In this document: positions 1 through 16,172 of the stretch, one piece after another
How the letters are laid out: every line of letters begins with the position of its first letter
Numbering within the stretch: position 1 is the stretch's first letter
Assembly: GCA_002269645.1 (NCBI GenBank)
Contig: NIVC01000745.1
Location: 1 to 64,000 of the forward strand
DNA from: Macrostomum lignano
Taxonomy: Eukaryota
Reading direction: 5' to 3'
Length of the DNA: 64,000 nucleotides
Program-made: the position numbers and the translations under genes
Notes under the pieces: model-generated
The model's database searches: none
What the model saw: only the letters and a program-made list of their open reading frames with translations
Told to the model about the DNA's origin: nothing

Positions 1-613
1 AATCAGGGGGGTTACATATGTTTGATTTGAATAATAGCTAAATTATAAATATATCATAGGCCTATTCTTAGCATATGCCATACTAATAAACAATATTATC
101 CATGTAGTACCATGTCAAAAATGCTTTGCTTATTTACATAGCAGCTACATTATAATATTTGACTTGGACTTGAAAATTACATTATATTAAAATAGGCTAA
201 ACTAAAAAAGGTAATAGTCCAATTCAGTAACAGCCACTTTGGTAACAGCCATTTCAGTAACAAATGATGTCCAATTCAGTAATAGCCATTTTGGTAAAAG
301 CCATTTAGGTTAAAATTAGTGGAAATAAATATATATTGATTGATATACTCAAAAAAGATTTTGCAAACAAACTTTAAAGAAAGAACGACAAAAAAGTAAT
401 TAAGATACATTCTCACAAACTTTGAGATTTGGATTGATAATGAAAACTAGGCCTAAGCATATTTTAGTCTACATGTATTTTTATTTTTATTTCCAGTTGT
501 GGCAGATGCATATATATAAGCTAAGATATCCTGTTGACCAAATATTGTATATATTAGAATCTCTGAGTTAGCAACTTCATTTACCAAATCTACTTTTTTC
601 TTCATTTATAATT

Positions 614-1335
614 AGAAATACTTATCCCCACAGTCCCATGTCAATAATTCCAATTTTATCCACACAGATCCGTGTCAATAATTTCCAGCTTATCTCTATG
701 GCAGCTCATTGGGATAGAGAACCTTAAAATGAATCTGTTCAAAAATCTGTTCATTTGTTTGTTTTCACTTTTCTACAAATCTTCCAAATAAACTAGCCTA
801 CTGAATACTGAATAGTATTGAGTACTTTGTTAAAACTTTTTTGTCATTAAAAGGGTTAATTTTAAATATTTGCTTAGCTGCCAGCTTTGCTTAGAATGAC
901 TAAACAACCTTAAGATTGAGGCAAATGAGACTTGCAAAATTCAAATTTCAAAATGTAATACTTGTAATAATGATAATTATAATTTAATGTCAGTACACAA
1001 AACTAAACAACTGCACAATCTTAGCTGTGGGGAAAAGCTGAAAATTCTTGACACATCTGTGTGGATAAAATTAGAATTATTGACATGGCCTATAGACTTG
1101 AATAGTGGGCAGTGGCAGCTATTTCAATAAGCTGCAGTGAGAATAAGCTGTAGAAGTTAAATTATCAACATGGATCCATGTGGATAAAATTGGAATTATT
1201 GATATAGCCTATAGACTTGAATGGTGGCAGCTGTTTCAATAAGCTGCCATGCAGGGGATAAGCTAAAAATTATCGACATAGATCTGTGGATAAAATTGGA
1301 ATTTTTGGCATAGGACCGTGGGATAAGCACTTCCT
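614..1335. mobile_element. MITE-like non-autonomous DNA element with imperfect ~85-bp terminal inverted repeats and a candidate 8-bp TSD
   Basis: 621-706 (cttatccccacagtcccatgtcaataattccaattttatccacacagatc...) is the imperfect reverse complement of ~1243-1327. The same ~120-bp unit occurs three times in tandem at ~1021-1330. TTATAATT flanks both sides (606-613, 1336-1343). No coding capacity. Confidence 0.55.
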
Positions 1336-3300
1336 TTATAATTACTTACTTCAAATTTCAATTTTCAACAATTGCTTAATGTTCTTTGCTGCCTTTAATT
1401 TTTTTTACAAAGTTAATGCACAAATGTAACCAAATTAGAATATGCTCAAAGAGAAGTAAATCTAAACATTCATAGGCCTATAGCTTATTACGAATATGTC
1501 TAAGAATTATTAATCATATAATATTATAACTTATATCATTGAAAATATCCAACTAGACTAGAAGGGCAAAGATAAGCCCTCTGCTTGTTAATCAAAATAG
1601 GTCCTTATGAAACCCAATAAAAATAAAAATACAAAGTGTAAATAATATAACATTATATGTGTAATGAAATATGCATTTATTTTTGTATTGCTAGTATTTT
1701 TTAAGAATTTATACTAATGTTAAATATTCTAGGAATGTAATATACCAACTATTTACTTACTGTAATTTTTATTATATTATTTGTTTTGAATAGTGTTTTG
1801 TATGCAAATATAAGGTAAAACCAGTTTAAACCAGTTAGGCATGCATTGTACAATTGGTCTCTCAGGTGGCTACAAATAAGCTAACCTTTAGACACTTCAT
1901 CATAGACATAGATGTCACACTACTTGCCGTAGACATAGACTTATACTAGAATATTACATTATTTAAGTTCACTTAGAGTGTAGTTAATATTGCAACTATT
2001 ATTACTATAATTAGCCCAATCCCAATACTAATTTTATCCAATATATAATAGTTATAGTGAGTTAGTAAGCCAGTGTGTGCTACCTAATCTAACTAGATCA
2101 TTAATATTATAATATTTACAGTCAACCTATATTAACCTACACAAATATTAAACCTGATTGCCCTGGCAGCGTCTTTGTTTCAATTTCTTTTATTCAACTC
2201 CAGTATAGAGAATTTGAATAGCAACCACAAGAAGTTAATATATTGCATAAATATTGTTATTTAGCTTTAGCTATTATGCAAATAAGCAGGGCACTATTGG
2301 CATGACATCATGTGGATAATATTATCAGGATTAGCATGGGGATGTAGGAATAAACACTGATATTATTCTTGCATTTGCAAGGAGCCAAGATGTTAGGCTT
2401 AGTATCTTTCATATTTGGTAATATTAATCAGCTTAAACATAATGAATAAATATTTCTACTTGAATTTGAACCTTGCAGTGTGTGAGTATGTAGATTAGAG
2501 TACATTTTCAATTTATTTCCTATCTTTCTTAGCTAGCACTAACCTAACACTTAATTTTTCAGCATACCAAAATATACTATTACCAAAGTGGCTATTACCT
2601 AAGTGGACTTTTACTGGGACATCCAAATCTTTTGATGAACCTGGAAAAATTGCAAACGACTATGCAATATTTAGACATGAATACTGAGCCAGAGCCACCC
2701 CCTCTTCTGCCTCACCCACACTGTCTGCCTCATTATTTTGTGGGCCACACGTTTTGCTAGGACAGTTTTTTAGTTTTTATTGTTTTAGCCGTAGCTTAAA
2801 ATTACACAGAGTTCTGTTGAAAAAATCTGATAGGAACAAAATGGTTGCATTTATTTTGTGTTTAATAATTAGTAAGTAACAAAAAATGAAGCCTAAGGCC
2901 AAAGGAAACATAATTTTAAATTTTGACTTGAATTCTTTCTTCTTGGAAAAATATTATTTTGCAATTTTTTGAATTAGCAGGAATTTCATTAACGATGCAT
3001 AACGAATTACTTTTAAAGGCTCTTTCCTATTGGTACTCTATATTAGTGCAACATTTGTGGTTCGTATTATTCGATTTATTTAAAGTAATGAAAGATGGCA
3101 GTGTAAACAAGTATTAAGGCGCTACCGAAGACTTTGCTAAAATTATCTAGTTGGTTGAATACAATTGAAAAAGTTTTCGACGCGAAAGTAAGTGCTTGTG
3201 AACAAAAGTATGCACTACTACCAAGATGAGCATAGTGTTAGTGGTAATTGTAATACAACAACAACAACAAAATACGCTGTCAAGATGGCAAAAGTCAGCG

Positions 3301-6131
3301 TCACAGGGCGCGCTTCATGGCTTGGGCGCGAACAAAGGCCGCGCCACCGGCAGTGTCCGGGGCGCCGGCGTCAGCCAGCAGACAGTCGACATAACGCCGA
3401 GTTCGCGCTTGACCTCGCCGGTAGGGTGCCTGCAGCGTGAGCAGCAGCACCTCCTGCACCGGCTGTGGGCAGTACGACTCGGCGCGGATGAGATGGCCTG
3501 CGAGCTGGAGTCGCCGACGGCGCAGTAGATCACTTGGACGTGGCAGGCCAGCGCGGCGATAGAGTGCCGCGTTGGTGACTCACTCGACGCCGATGTTGAA
3601 GGCGGCGCGCAGCAGGCCAGCGTGCGCCGCATCGACTTGCTGTTTGAGTGAGTCCGTCAGCGTCCAGGTCTCGGCGTTGTACAGCAGGACGGTCTCGATT
3701 ACCGCCTGGAACAGCGCCGCCCTCTGGCGGTCCGGTAGGGCCTCGAACTGCAGGACTGCCCTCACAGAACGAAAGGCAGCCCAGGCAAGCCCGCGGCGGC
3801 GTCGCAGGTCCTCGCGAGCGTCTGGAACCAGACCGCCGAGGTAGACGAACTGCTGACATCGCGGGAGTTCGGTCGCCTGCCCGTCAGCGCCTCGGCAGAA
3901 TATTGCAGCCTCGGCACGCAGAGCACAACGGTCTTCTGTGTGTTGACCACCAGGCCGACACTCGCCGCAACGGCAGCTAGCCTGTCCAGCTGCCGTTGGG
4001 CGCCCTCGACGGTCGAGGACAGCAGGGCGAGGTCGTCGGCGTAGCCAAGCACGCTGAGCCGCTTCTCCGGTTGACGTCGACCTACGCGTCGCCGCAGCAG
4101 AAAACCGTCGTCGTCGGTAGGAAGAGCAGTCCGCAGCACCCAGTCAAGCACCAGGACGAACAGGAACGGCGCCAGCGTATCTCCCTGAAGTACTCCGGAG
4201 GATGTCTCAAAGGAGTCCGATAGGCCGTCCGGTGTTGTCACAGCAGCTGTCGTATCACGGTACATCGCCATGATGGCGGAGATCAGCTGCTCGGGCACGT
4301 TGTACGCGCGGAGCACCATTGGAAGCACGGCTCTGACAACCGAGTCGAATGCCTTCTTGAAATCAATAAAGATTAGAATCAGGATCGACTGGCGAATCCG
4401 CGCCTCCTCGATGACTCGGCGAAGAGCCAGGATCTGCGCCACTGTGCCGCGATGGGGCCGGAACCCGTTCTGCTCTGGGCGCAGGTACGGATCCAGCACG
4501 GGCTGCAACCGCGAAAGCAGCATCCGGTTGAACAGCTTCGCTGCACAGGACTGAAGGCAGATGTGCCCGTGGTGCCCGGCCTAGTGGTGCCCGGCTTCTT
4601 TGGAACAGCAACGATGTGCGCCGTGGTCCATTCGTTGGGCGCCGCCTCACCGAAGAGCACGCGGTTCATCACTCTGGCGACCTCAGCGGCCACACAGAGG
4701 ATGCGCAGCGCCTCGATGGGCACCTCGTCCGGACCCAGCGCTTTCCCGCCCGGTGACTGCTGGGCGAGCTTGACAACGTCGGCTGCGTTGACTGGGCCTA
4801 CGCTGAAACTCTCCTCTGCCGGCAACGGCGTCTCCGGCGGCAGCGTCAGACTGTCTGGCAGCGGGGGTGGCGGCGCGTTGACGATGGCGGCGAAGAACTC
4901 GCGCAGCTCGTTCCTGCGCTCATCCGGAGTGTCACCAGCCAGGTTCAGCGGATTGCGCCGCTTTCGCCCCGTCAGAGCGTTGATGGCGGACCAGGCCACG
5001 CGCCCTCTGGCATCGGGCCCAGCGGCAGAGACAGCCTGAATGGCGTCATCGACAGCCGCTTGTTGGCGCTGCAGGTAGACAGCCGCCAGAGCTGCCTCTG
5101 CCTCGCGGGTTGGTCACCTGCTCAAGCGGAGCCTCTCCAGATCTTCCCTCGCTGCCTGAATCGCAGGGTCGTCCTGCCAGACCGGCTGCCCACGTTGAGC
5201 CGGTTGCATCATCGGGACTGCTTGCTCCGAGGCGGTTCTGACTGCAGCGCACACTTCCGCATACTCGGCACTTCCACGCTTGTCGCCCAGCGCGGTGTTA
5301 AAGGCGCTAGCAAAGCAACGCTGCGTATCGGTGGCTCTGAGCGCGCGGTAGTAGCGCCGCGGTGGCCGCTTCGGCGGACGGTAGAGCGGATCGCGAAGGT
5401 TGAGGTCGCAGATGAGGAGCCGGTGATCGGACCGCAGAGCCAGCGGCTTGATGGTGCGGCAGTTGACGGCGCGACGACGCTCACGGAAACGCACGAGCAC
5501 GTGGTCGAGCTGTGCTTGTCTCCGGGTTGCGTTCCTGCCACGCGCGTTCCGTCGCCTCCGCTTGCAGCCCACGAAGGTTGCGAGACCGCTCAGTGGCTTG
5601 CGGAAGCGGGTGTTGGCCGACACCATGTCCTGCCTCTCCAGGAAGTCCTCCAGTGCCTCGGTGTTGTTGTTCCCGCGTGGCGTCACGAACAGCGACCTCT
5701 CGGACCTACGCAGGACTGCGTTCAGGTCTCCGAGGACGACCGCTGTGTCACGCTGCGCCATCGCCTCTACCTGCACTGAGAGCTGCTCGAAAAACTCTTG
5801 AGCCTCGTCAGGGCGTGTGGCAGGGCGCGCGTACGCGCAGAACAGGCGAGCATTCCGACTGCGTAGCCGGACGTCGATCCGAAGCAACCGGGGGACAGGG
5901 AGACGCAGCGACAGCTCTGCTGCAGCCTCGGCCCGATCAGCGCTCCAACTCCTCCACTGCCTCGCTGGTCCGCAGAAGTATAGTAGAGGGTCCACCCGGC
6001 GCCCAAGTCCTCACAATGAAGTCCCGGGTCGGCCTTGATAGACACCTCCTGCAGCGAGATGATGTCGCCAGCACCCCTCTACGCCAAGCAGCCTTGAGAG
6101 TGCGGCAGTTCAGCGTCCCGACCCGAAGCAT
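3301..6131 (-). pseudogene. RTE single ORF (EN-RT polyprotein), disrupted
   Basis: ATG at 6131 and terminal TGA at 3303-3301 (...YVDCLLADAGAPDTAGGAAFVRAQAMKRAL*). Track ORFs 5937-6131, 5767-6045, 5114-5995, 4379-4999, 3762-4523 and 3580-3765 are consecutive pieces joined by at least 5 frameshifts. There is also an in-frame TGA at 3582-3580. Confidence 0.88.
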
Positions 6132-6310
6132 GCCCTGTGGTACAGCTTGGGCTCGATGCAGTTGTGCCTCACGGTCCCCGGCGCCACCCGGAGGATCCGA
6201 GTGGACCCGCGCGGCAGCTCGACGGGCGGCGCCACGCAGCCGGCCTCATCGGTTCCGCTCACGCCGGCGCTCAACACGCCGACGGGCGCTCCGCTGCCCT
6301 CGCTTGGTCC

Positions 6311-6401
6311 TGCCGCATTTGGCCGCCGCAGCAGTTAAGCGCGGCTCTCCGCTCTGACCACGAGGAGGTAGCGGCATTTATCTGCACCGTGGTGCAAAGG
6401 C
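6311..6401 (-). ncRNA. HDV-like self-cleaving ribozyme at the 5' end of the RTE element
   Basis: Minus-strand parse: P1 GCCTTTG/CAGAGC (one base short), J1/2 hairpin CACC-AC-GGTG, P2 TGCCGC(T)/(AT)GCGGCA, P3 ACC/GGT, L3 TCCTCGT, P1.1 GG, P4 GCCGC-GC-TTAACT-GC-T-GCGGC, J4/2 GG-C-CAA. G1 (6401) directly abuts the TSD. Confidence 0.8.
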
Positions 6402-8681
6402 AACAAAATGAAAATGACGACACGAGTTTTTAAAGTTTTTGAAGCGTTGTTAGTATACGAGCTCGTATGTGCGGCCTTACTTTTTGTATTGAATAAGTTT
6501 GAAATATTTTTTTCGTGTTGAGAAATAAATTAAGGCTCGCTTTCTGGTTAGCGGTAGTGCTAGTGGTTACTGTTGCAGTGCCTTTCCATAGCAGCAGGGC
6601 CTTTAGCACCAAGGGCTTAGCACCAGATGGGCTCCAGCTAAAGCACGATGCAGCATATCTTTCCCCCACCTAGCTCTTTGGATTTGCACTTGTTGCCTTT
6701 GAGTTACGGGCGTTGTTGTACGTGAGGCTGTTTACTAATGGAGTAAATCTAGCAAAAAGCCACTTCTCAGCTTCCCTTCGTGAATTCGAAAACAATTAGT
6801 GATCTGGCTCGCCAAAGTGCATAGAAAATTAATGCATGCAGCTACTCTCTCTGCATTTGCGTGAATGGCAGCTAACCGCTATTACAGTGTATAGTCATGC
6901 AGTCCGGTTTCAATGTTAATCATCCTGCATATTTGCTACATGTGGACAGCAGGCAGAATACACAATATACGGAAACTCGCGGACAAGCCATCATCGCCCT
7001 GGCTGGAAATTTGGTGATTTTGCGCAGATGCTTCGCATCATTTCCATATATAGTTGTGGGCTTGGATTTCAACACAGCCAGCGCTGGCCCGAGCGAGCTG
7101 CAGCTGTCCCACACCGCTCAAATTCTAACCGCCAACAAAATGTGCGATGCGGGATTGCTTTTTTAGGCCTCGCAGTATTTGAGCTCTCGGTCGGAAAATA
7201 TGGTGGCACATCTGGCGGCCGGCACATCTGCTTCTGTATTAGATGAAATTTGACTGCTTTAAGCTGCGCTTGAGCAAACAGAAATTCACAACAGTAGAAG
7301 TCAACGCTAAGTGCAGTGTCTGGCTTCAGGAAGCCGAAACTGTTATTGATTTCGTCCTGCGAAATCGGACCTGCTCAATAGAAAAGCAGTGATGGCGGGA
7401 TTGGCTGAAGAAGAACCTATATTGTCTGGTGGCTTTTTAATAAATAATAATACTTAACGCTTTACTTAACCACAGAGCGCCTTGGCTACTACCGCAAGTC
7501 AACTAGGCGACAGTCAACCTGCAGCCAGCCAGACGACAATTTTGCTGTTATACGTCAGTTCCACTGACTCCGGAGCACGCGTGTCCACGACCGTCTCATC
7601 ATTAGGTACTGAGGTACACTGTGCGAGTACCTCCTGCACACACAGGGCCCTGGGGGTAGGCCCTTATTGGCATCCATGCAGAGAGAGGTCACTGGTGCGA
7701 GAGACGGACGGACGAGTTACCGCTGAGCAGTCCTGCCGGGCAGTTGGGTTACTCTGACCGATAAGGAACAACCAACTGAAAGGCTGATCAGTTTTAAGCA
7801 TCGGAAACACCCAAGTACTAAGTTAGTGCAAGCAATGCGAAAGTGCTTCCCATGCCAGTGTGGGGTTGGCCTTCATCAATAATGCACGCCCTGCGGCAGG
7901 ACAAACCGCCAAGTCGGGCCGCCCCCCAGCCGCTGAAGGCCCAGCGATCTGTGCACAGCTTTGTGTTGAACAGCTGGAATTCATTGCGCAAAATGGGGAT
8001 CCCGGGCGGAGGATCAGCCTTAGGGCAGCGGGTCCCAGATGTTGTTTGCCATTTATCTATTGCCAGTTTGGCATCCCAAGAGGACTGACGGAGGCCAGAG
8101 GCTTTAGGAACTCGGTGGGGGGGACGCCCGATTATTGGCAGGCTGATCGGGGGTCGGTGGTCTGAGTATCGACTCAGCATCGACGCCTTCGCTCATGAAT
8201 TATTCATTGCCGGGCCTTCTGGAGGCAGCAGCAAAACTTGAAATCCACTGGAGAGAAACTCCGTCTCCCCCGGGGCCGCTTGTCGCCACGCGGCTCCCGC
8301 AGTTGAGCCGTCGGGTTTTTTTCGACCATTCGGCCAAAAGAAGAGGAATTTCTTCCCCTCCGGACCGGCCAGTCTGCGGCATCCGCTCTCTGGAAATGGT
8401 GAGACGGGTAGAAAGCGGAGGAGAGGACTCAGGCGGGAGAGAATGGGTTTACCCAGCTGCCAGGAGCCAACTGGATTCAAGCGGATGGCAGAAGGGGAGA
8501 GAAAAAAAATGGGAAGAATTGAGTGAGCCGGCCGGAGCTTGAGTAGATTTTTTGGGGGTCTCATTTTCCCCCTCCTTGGCTGGCTCTCGTCTCCCCTCTC
8601 CCACCAAGCTGCGGCAGGCTGAGGGGCTCAGTTTAAAAAGCCCAATGCTGCATCTTGGGGAGGGCTGAGCTGCCGCCTGAG

Positions 8682-9761
8682 ATGAGCCACGACGAGGAGC
8701 TGTTGGTCCCCGCCGCCCCCGGCTTCGAGGTCTGGCGCCTGGTTCTGGTGGGCCGCCTGATCCTCAACTCCGCAGCCATCGTGCTCAACCTGCTGAACTG
8801 CCTGCTGCTCAGGAAGCTTTGCCGGAAGCGCCGCGCCCACACCAGCCTGCTGAGTCTGCTTTACCTGAGCTACGCTGAGCTGGGCTTCACTGTGACCTCC
8901 CAGCTCTTCTCGGTGCTGTTTCTGGCTTCGCACACCGGTGGCCGAGACGACCACAGCCGAAGCAGCCCACCTGAGCACCAGAAGTTCTTCGTGCTGGTCG
9001 CCCTGGCGAGCTTCGGCAGCCTGAAGCACAGCTCGCTGTTCGTGCGCCAGTGGTGGCTCGTCTGCCTCGTCTGCCTGCACGGCGTCGCCAAGCGCTTCCG
9101 AGCGCTGGCCCACCGCCTGGCCGCTCGGCGCTTCGTGCGCGGCCTGTACAGCCTCTGCCTGCTGGTCGGGGCCAGCTTCGGCCTCGTCCGTCTGGTGGCC
9201 GAGAAGATCCCGGATTACTTCCGCAAAGACTACATCAGCGAGGAGCAGCACGAGCTCATCCACCGAGTGCTGTACGTTCTGGAGTTCGGCGTGCCGCCGC
9301 TCCTGGCCGTGCCGTGCGTGGCTGCGCTGGCCGCCCTGGTGGCCTGCGCCTGGCGACGGAGCCCCGCCTGCGAGACGGGCGATCAGCAGGCGGAGGGGGA
9401 CGCCGACTTATCGGTTTCCGCCGCCCTGCAGCAGCAGCAGCAGCAGCAGCAGCAGAGGTTGACTTGGTCGTGGCGCAGCTCACAGGTGGTGCTCATCATC
9501 GGGCTGCTGTTCGTGGTGCTGCAGGGCCCGCTGATCCTGCTGGACCGGGTGGGCGCGGAGTCGCCGCTGTTTATCAACCTGCAGGACCTGGTGATCTCGC
9601 TGTTCAGCTGCAGCTACTTTGTGATCTTCTGCGCCACCAGCGCCGCATTCCGAAACAAGCTGGCGGTGATGTGCACCTGCACTGTGACCGCGGGCACAGC
9701 TGAGAGAGACACCACCGTGCTGGACAGCGCCTGTGAGATGGTGCCCAGCAACAGAATCTGA
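8682..9761 (+). CDS. Intronless divergent class A (rhodopsin-like) orphan 7TM receptor, ~359 aa
   Basis: Open GC-rich frame with seven hydrophobic segments: TM1 ...IVLNLLNCLLL, TM2 LYLSYAE, TM3 FVRQWWLVCLV, TM5 EFGVPPLL, TM6 LLFVVLQGP, TM7/H8 SYFVIFCATSAAFRNKL. First in-frame ATG is 8682 (the track start at 8655 is TTG). AATAAA near 10140. Confidence 0.8.
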   Translation: MSHDEELLVPAAPGFEVWRLVLVGRLILNSAAIVLNLLNCLLLRKLCRKRRAHTSLLSLLYLSYAELGFTVTSQLFSVLFLASHTGGRDDHSRSSPPEHQKFFVLVALASFGSLKHSSLFVRQWWLVCLVCLHGVAKRFRALAHRLAARRFVRGLYSLCLLVGASFGLVRLVAEKIPDYFRKDYISEEQHELIHRVLYVLEFGVPPLLAVPCVAALAALVACAWRRSPACETGDQQAEGDADLSVSAALQQQQQQQQQRLTWSWRSSQVVLIIGLLFVVLQGPLILLDRVGAESPLFINLQDLVISLFSCSYFVIFCATSAAFRNKLAVMCTCTVTAGTAERDTTVLDSACEMVPSNRI

Positions 9762-10310
9762 GCGCATTCCTCATCGAGAATATGAAAAGTCGTCGGAATT
9801 CTAAGACGGTTTCCCTGCCCGCTGATTTGCTGACTTGCTGACCTTAACTGTCCGGCCACCAGTTTGCAATCCACGGCATTGGTAAAATGCGCGAGTTGGA
9901 ATCTGAATATGATTATAAATGCACCTTGGCACCGTATCAAATGCTTCAAGCAGTACACTCTGTGACTCTCTGTGTTGTCAGTCTAGCAACTCTTCTGTTA
10001 GTTGAAATAGGCTTTGCTATCTTAAAGATTAACCGTTTGTACTTTTGGGGTGTCGCGATTCCTCTCTGCCCCCCCCAATTAACTAAGACTCAAAGCACAT
10101 TTGCCCCATTGGTTAGAGAGAAATTGAAACCACAAGACTAATAAATAAACGGCCTCAGAAAACCCAGTTTTAACAGCACAGCTGAGTTGCGCTTTGATAT
10201 TTTTGTATTTTCTGGTGGCTCATAACAACTACCACCATTAGTAAGCATGGATCATCGACCACAAGCAGTGTGAGGCGAATTGGCACGGCTTCCACTTTGT
10301 ACTTCTAAGG

Positions 10311-10974
10311 GCATGATCTGATTTGACGGTTGCATGATCTGATTTGATGGTTGCATGATCTGATTTGATGGTTGCATGATCTGATTTGATGGTGCATGAT
10401 CTGATTTGATGGTTGCATGATCTGATTTGATGGTTGCATGATCTGATTTGATGGTTGCATGATCTGATTTGATGGTTGCATTATCTGATTTGATGGTTGC
10501 ATTATCTGATTTGATGGTTGCATGATCTGATTTGATGGTTGCATGATCTGATTTGATGGTTGCATGATCTGATTTGATGGTTGCATGATCTGAGTTGATG
10601 GTTGCATGATCTGATTTGATGGTTGCATGATCTGATTTGACGGTTGCATGATCTGATTTGATGGTGCATGATCTGATTTGATGGTTGCATGATCTGATTT
10701 GACGGTTGCATGATCTGATTTGATGGTGCATGATCTGATTTGATGGTTGCATGATCTGATTTGATGGTGCATGATCTGATTTGATGGTTGCATGATCTGA
10801 TTTGATGGTGCATGATCTGATTTGATGGTTGCATGATCTGATTTGATGGTGCATGATCTGATTTGACGGTTGCATGATCTGATTTGATGGCTGCATGATC
10901 TGATTTGACGGTTGCATGGTCTAATTTGATGGTTGCATGATCTGATTTGACGGTTGCATGATCTGATTTGATGG
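10311..10974. repeat. Minisatellite, 21-bp unit GCATGATCTGATTTGATGGTT (20-bp variants)
   Basis: About 30 tandem copies read directly. Confidence 0.95.
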
Positions 10975-11952
10975 CTCATCACAAGTGATGGCATTGTGGG
11001 CGAGTCTCCAAAAGGCATTGTGTTGAGAGAGTCAGGCTGATTTTGGGGTACACACGAACTTAGACTAAGTTGGCCTTCCGACTGGTATATTTATACTTAT
11101 ATATTTATCTAGCTGCGACAAATCAATATCGGCAAACAGATGTACATTGCAAATGTACATATCTGCAAACCAACTATCCAACAGGAGGTACATGCAGCAC
11201 CTCAAAAAAGCTTAGCTCGTATCAGAAGTGTTCGCAAGATGGGAATGGACTCCGATTCCAGCTATTCATAAATTTGCAAATAGCGCGAAACAATATAACA
11301 GTTGATGCTGTTATTCTGTGCAGAATGCATTTAACTTGATGGGAAGTCAGTTTTTCAGCACTAAAACTGGGAATATACCCTTGCCTTTAAAACTTCCAAA
11401 TTGCAAATGCGGCATTGCAAACTTGATTGACAAGTTTTTTCAGCTCAATGTTATAAAATTGTGTACCTCCGCCTGCTGCCTCAGTCTCCTCTTTTTTTCT
11501 GTTTTTTTTCGACAAAGTATCTCCTGCCACACGCATGAGCAAACGCGTGACAATGTCAGTTCAACTCTGAACTGAAGGCTTCCGATCTCGCTGGTGCATT
11601 TTGCTGTGAAACCCAGCCGCCAATCAAATCTGGCGCACTTTGGCGCAGAGATTCTGTTCGAAAGGAACTTGCAGCTCTTCGTAACCTCATCCTAGTGGGT
11701 GAGCTGCTGAGCCGTTGGAGTAGGAAGACTTCGACAGATGAGCTCAGCTAAGGATTCCAGCTGCTCAGCTCTGAGTCCACGAAACCGCCAGTCTCTCCCG
11801 CGACGGCCTCTGGGCTTTGGTTGCTGTGGCGGTCCCTTAATTCAGTATGCAAATTGTTTTCTGGCTCCGGCAGGTCGCGCCAGCAGGGATATCGGATTAC
11901 CGTGCAGATTAACGTGCCCTGCAGTCACTATGCCAAGATTATAAACAACAAA

Positions 11953-15858
<3,906 letters not shown>

Positions 15859-16172
15859 TGTGTGCCTGTGCATACGACTGCGTATATATCCGAGTGTGCC
15901 TGCTCAGGGAAGTCGGGCGGAATGGACAGTAATGCTTATCGATTGCAACCCATGATGTTTTTGTATTTTTTTCACGATTTTTGCAATTGTAATGAACGCA
16001 TAAGTTAAAGCTTTGCTCCACTTTTGAGATCTAAAAGGTGTTATAAACTCCAATCCAAAGACTCAAATCACTGTGTTTTCAACTCATATTGATGAACAAG
16101 TTCAGTTGTCAATAAAAGTGTCTGTCTCGAGCATCTGCAAAAGACTCGCGCAGTTGCCATTGACGTCAGTCA

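Larger units (their letters stand above)
3274..6401 (-). mobile_element. Full-length RTE-clade non-LTR retrotransposon (APE endonuclease + reverse transcriptase), decayed
   Basis: APE motifs RVGTLNCRTL, DIISLQE, VVLGDLNA, QLDHVLV, SDHRLL. RT motifs EQNGFRP, FIDFKKAFDSV, GVLQGDTLAPFLF, YADDLALL, FVYLG. RTE-type LLYNAETW. TSD AACAAAAT at 3266-3273 and 6402-6409. Confidence 0.93.

Noticed and set aside
3530-6433. Plus-strand and alternative-frame ORFs over the LINE
   Set aside because: These are antisense or shadow frames of GC-rich RTE coding sequence with no independent motifs.
6551-6602. tRNA-Gly(TCC)-like or SINE-head-like stretch (gcggtagtgctagtggtta...tgcctttccatagcag)
   Set aside because: Only an A-box-like part and a loose anticodon arm are present. 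There is no B box or T-arm and no acceptor stem.
6897-7395. Possible second APE endonuclease remnant (YIVVGLDFN, TVIDFVL)
   Set aside because: The motifs are imperfect, the spacing is too long, and no other APE or RT motifs are nearby.
7320-7400. Hammerhead-like pieces (GTCC...GGAC-GAAA on minus; GGCTTC/GAAGCC-GAAAC on plus)
   Set aside because: The CUGANGA core is absent or broken and stems I/III could not be built.
7480-7830. GC-rich segment with small hairpins (GAGGTAC/GTACCTC, CAGTTGG/CCAACTG)
   Set aside because: No recognisable RNA-family fold, termini or second copy in the window.
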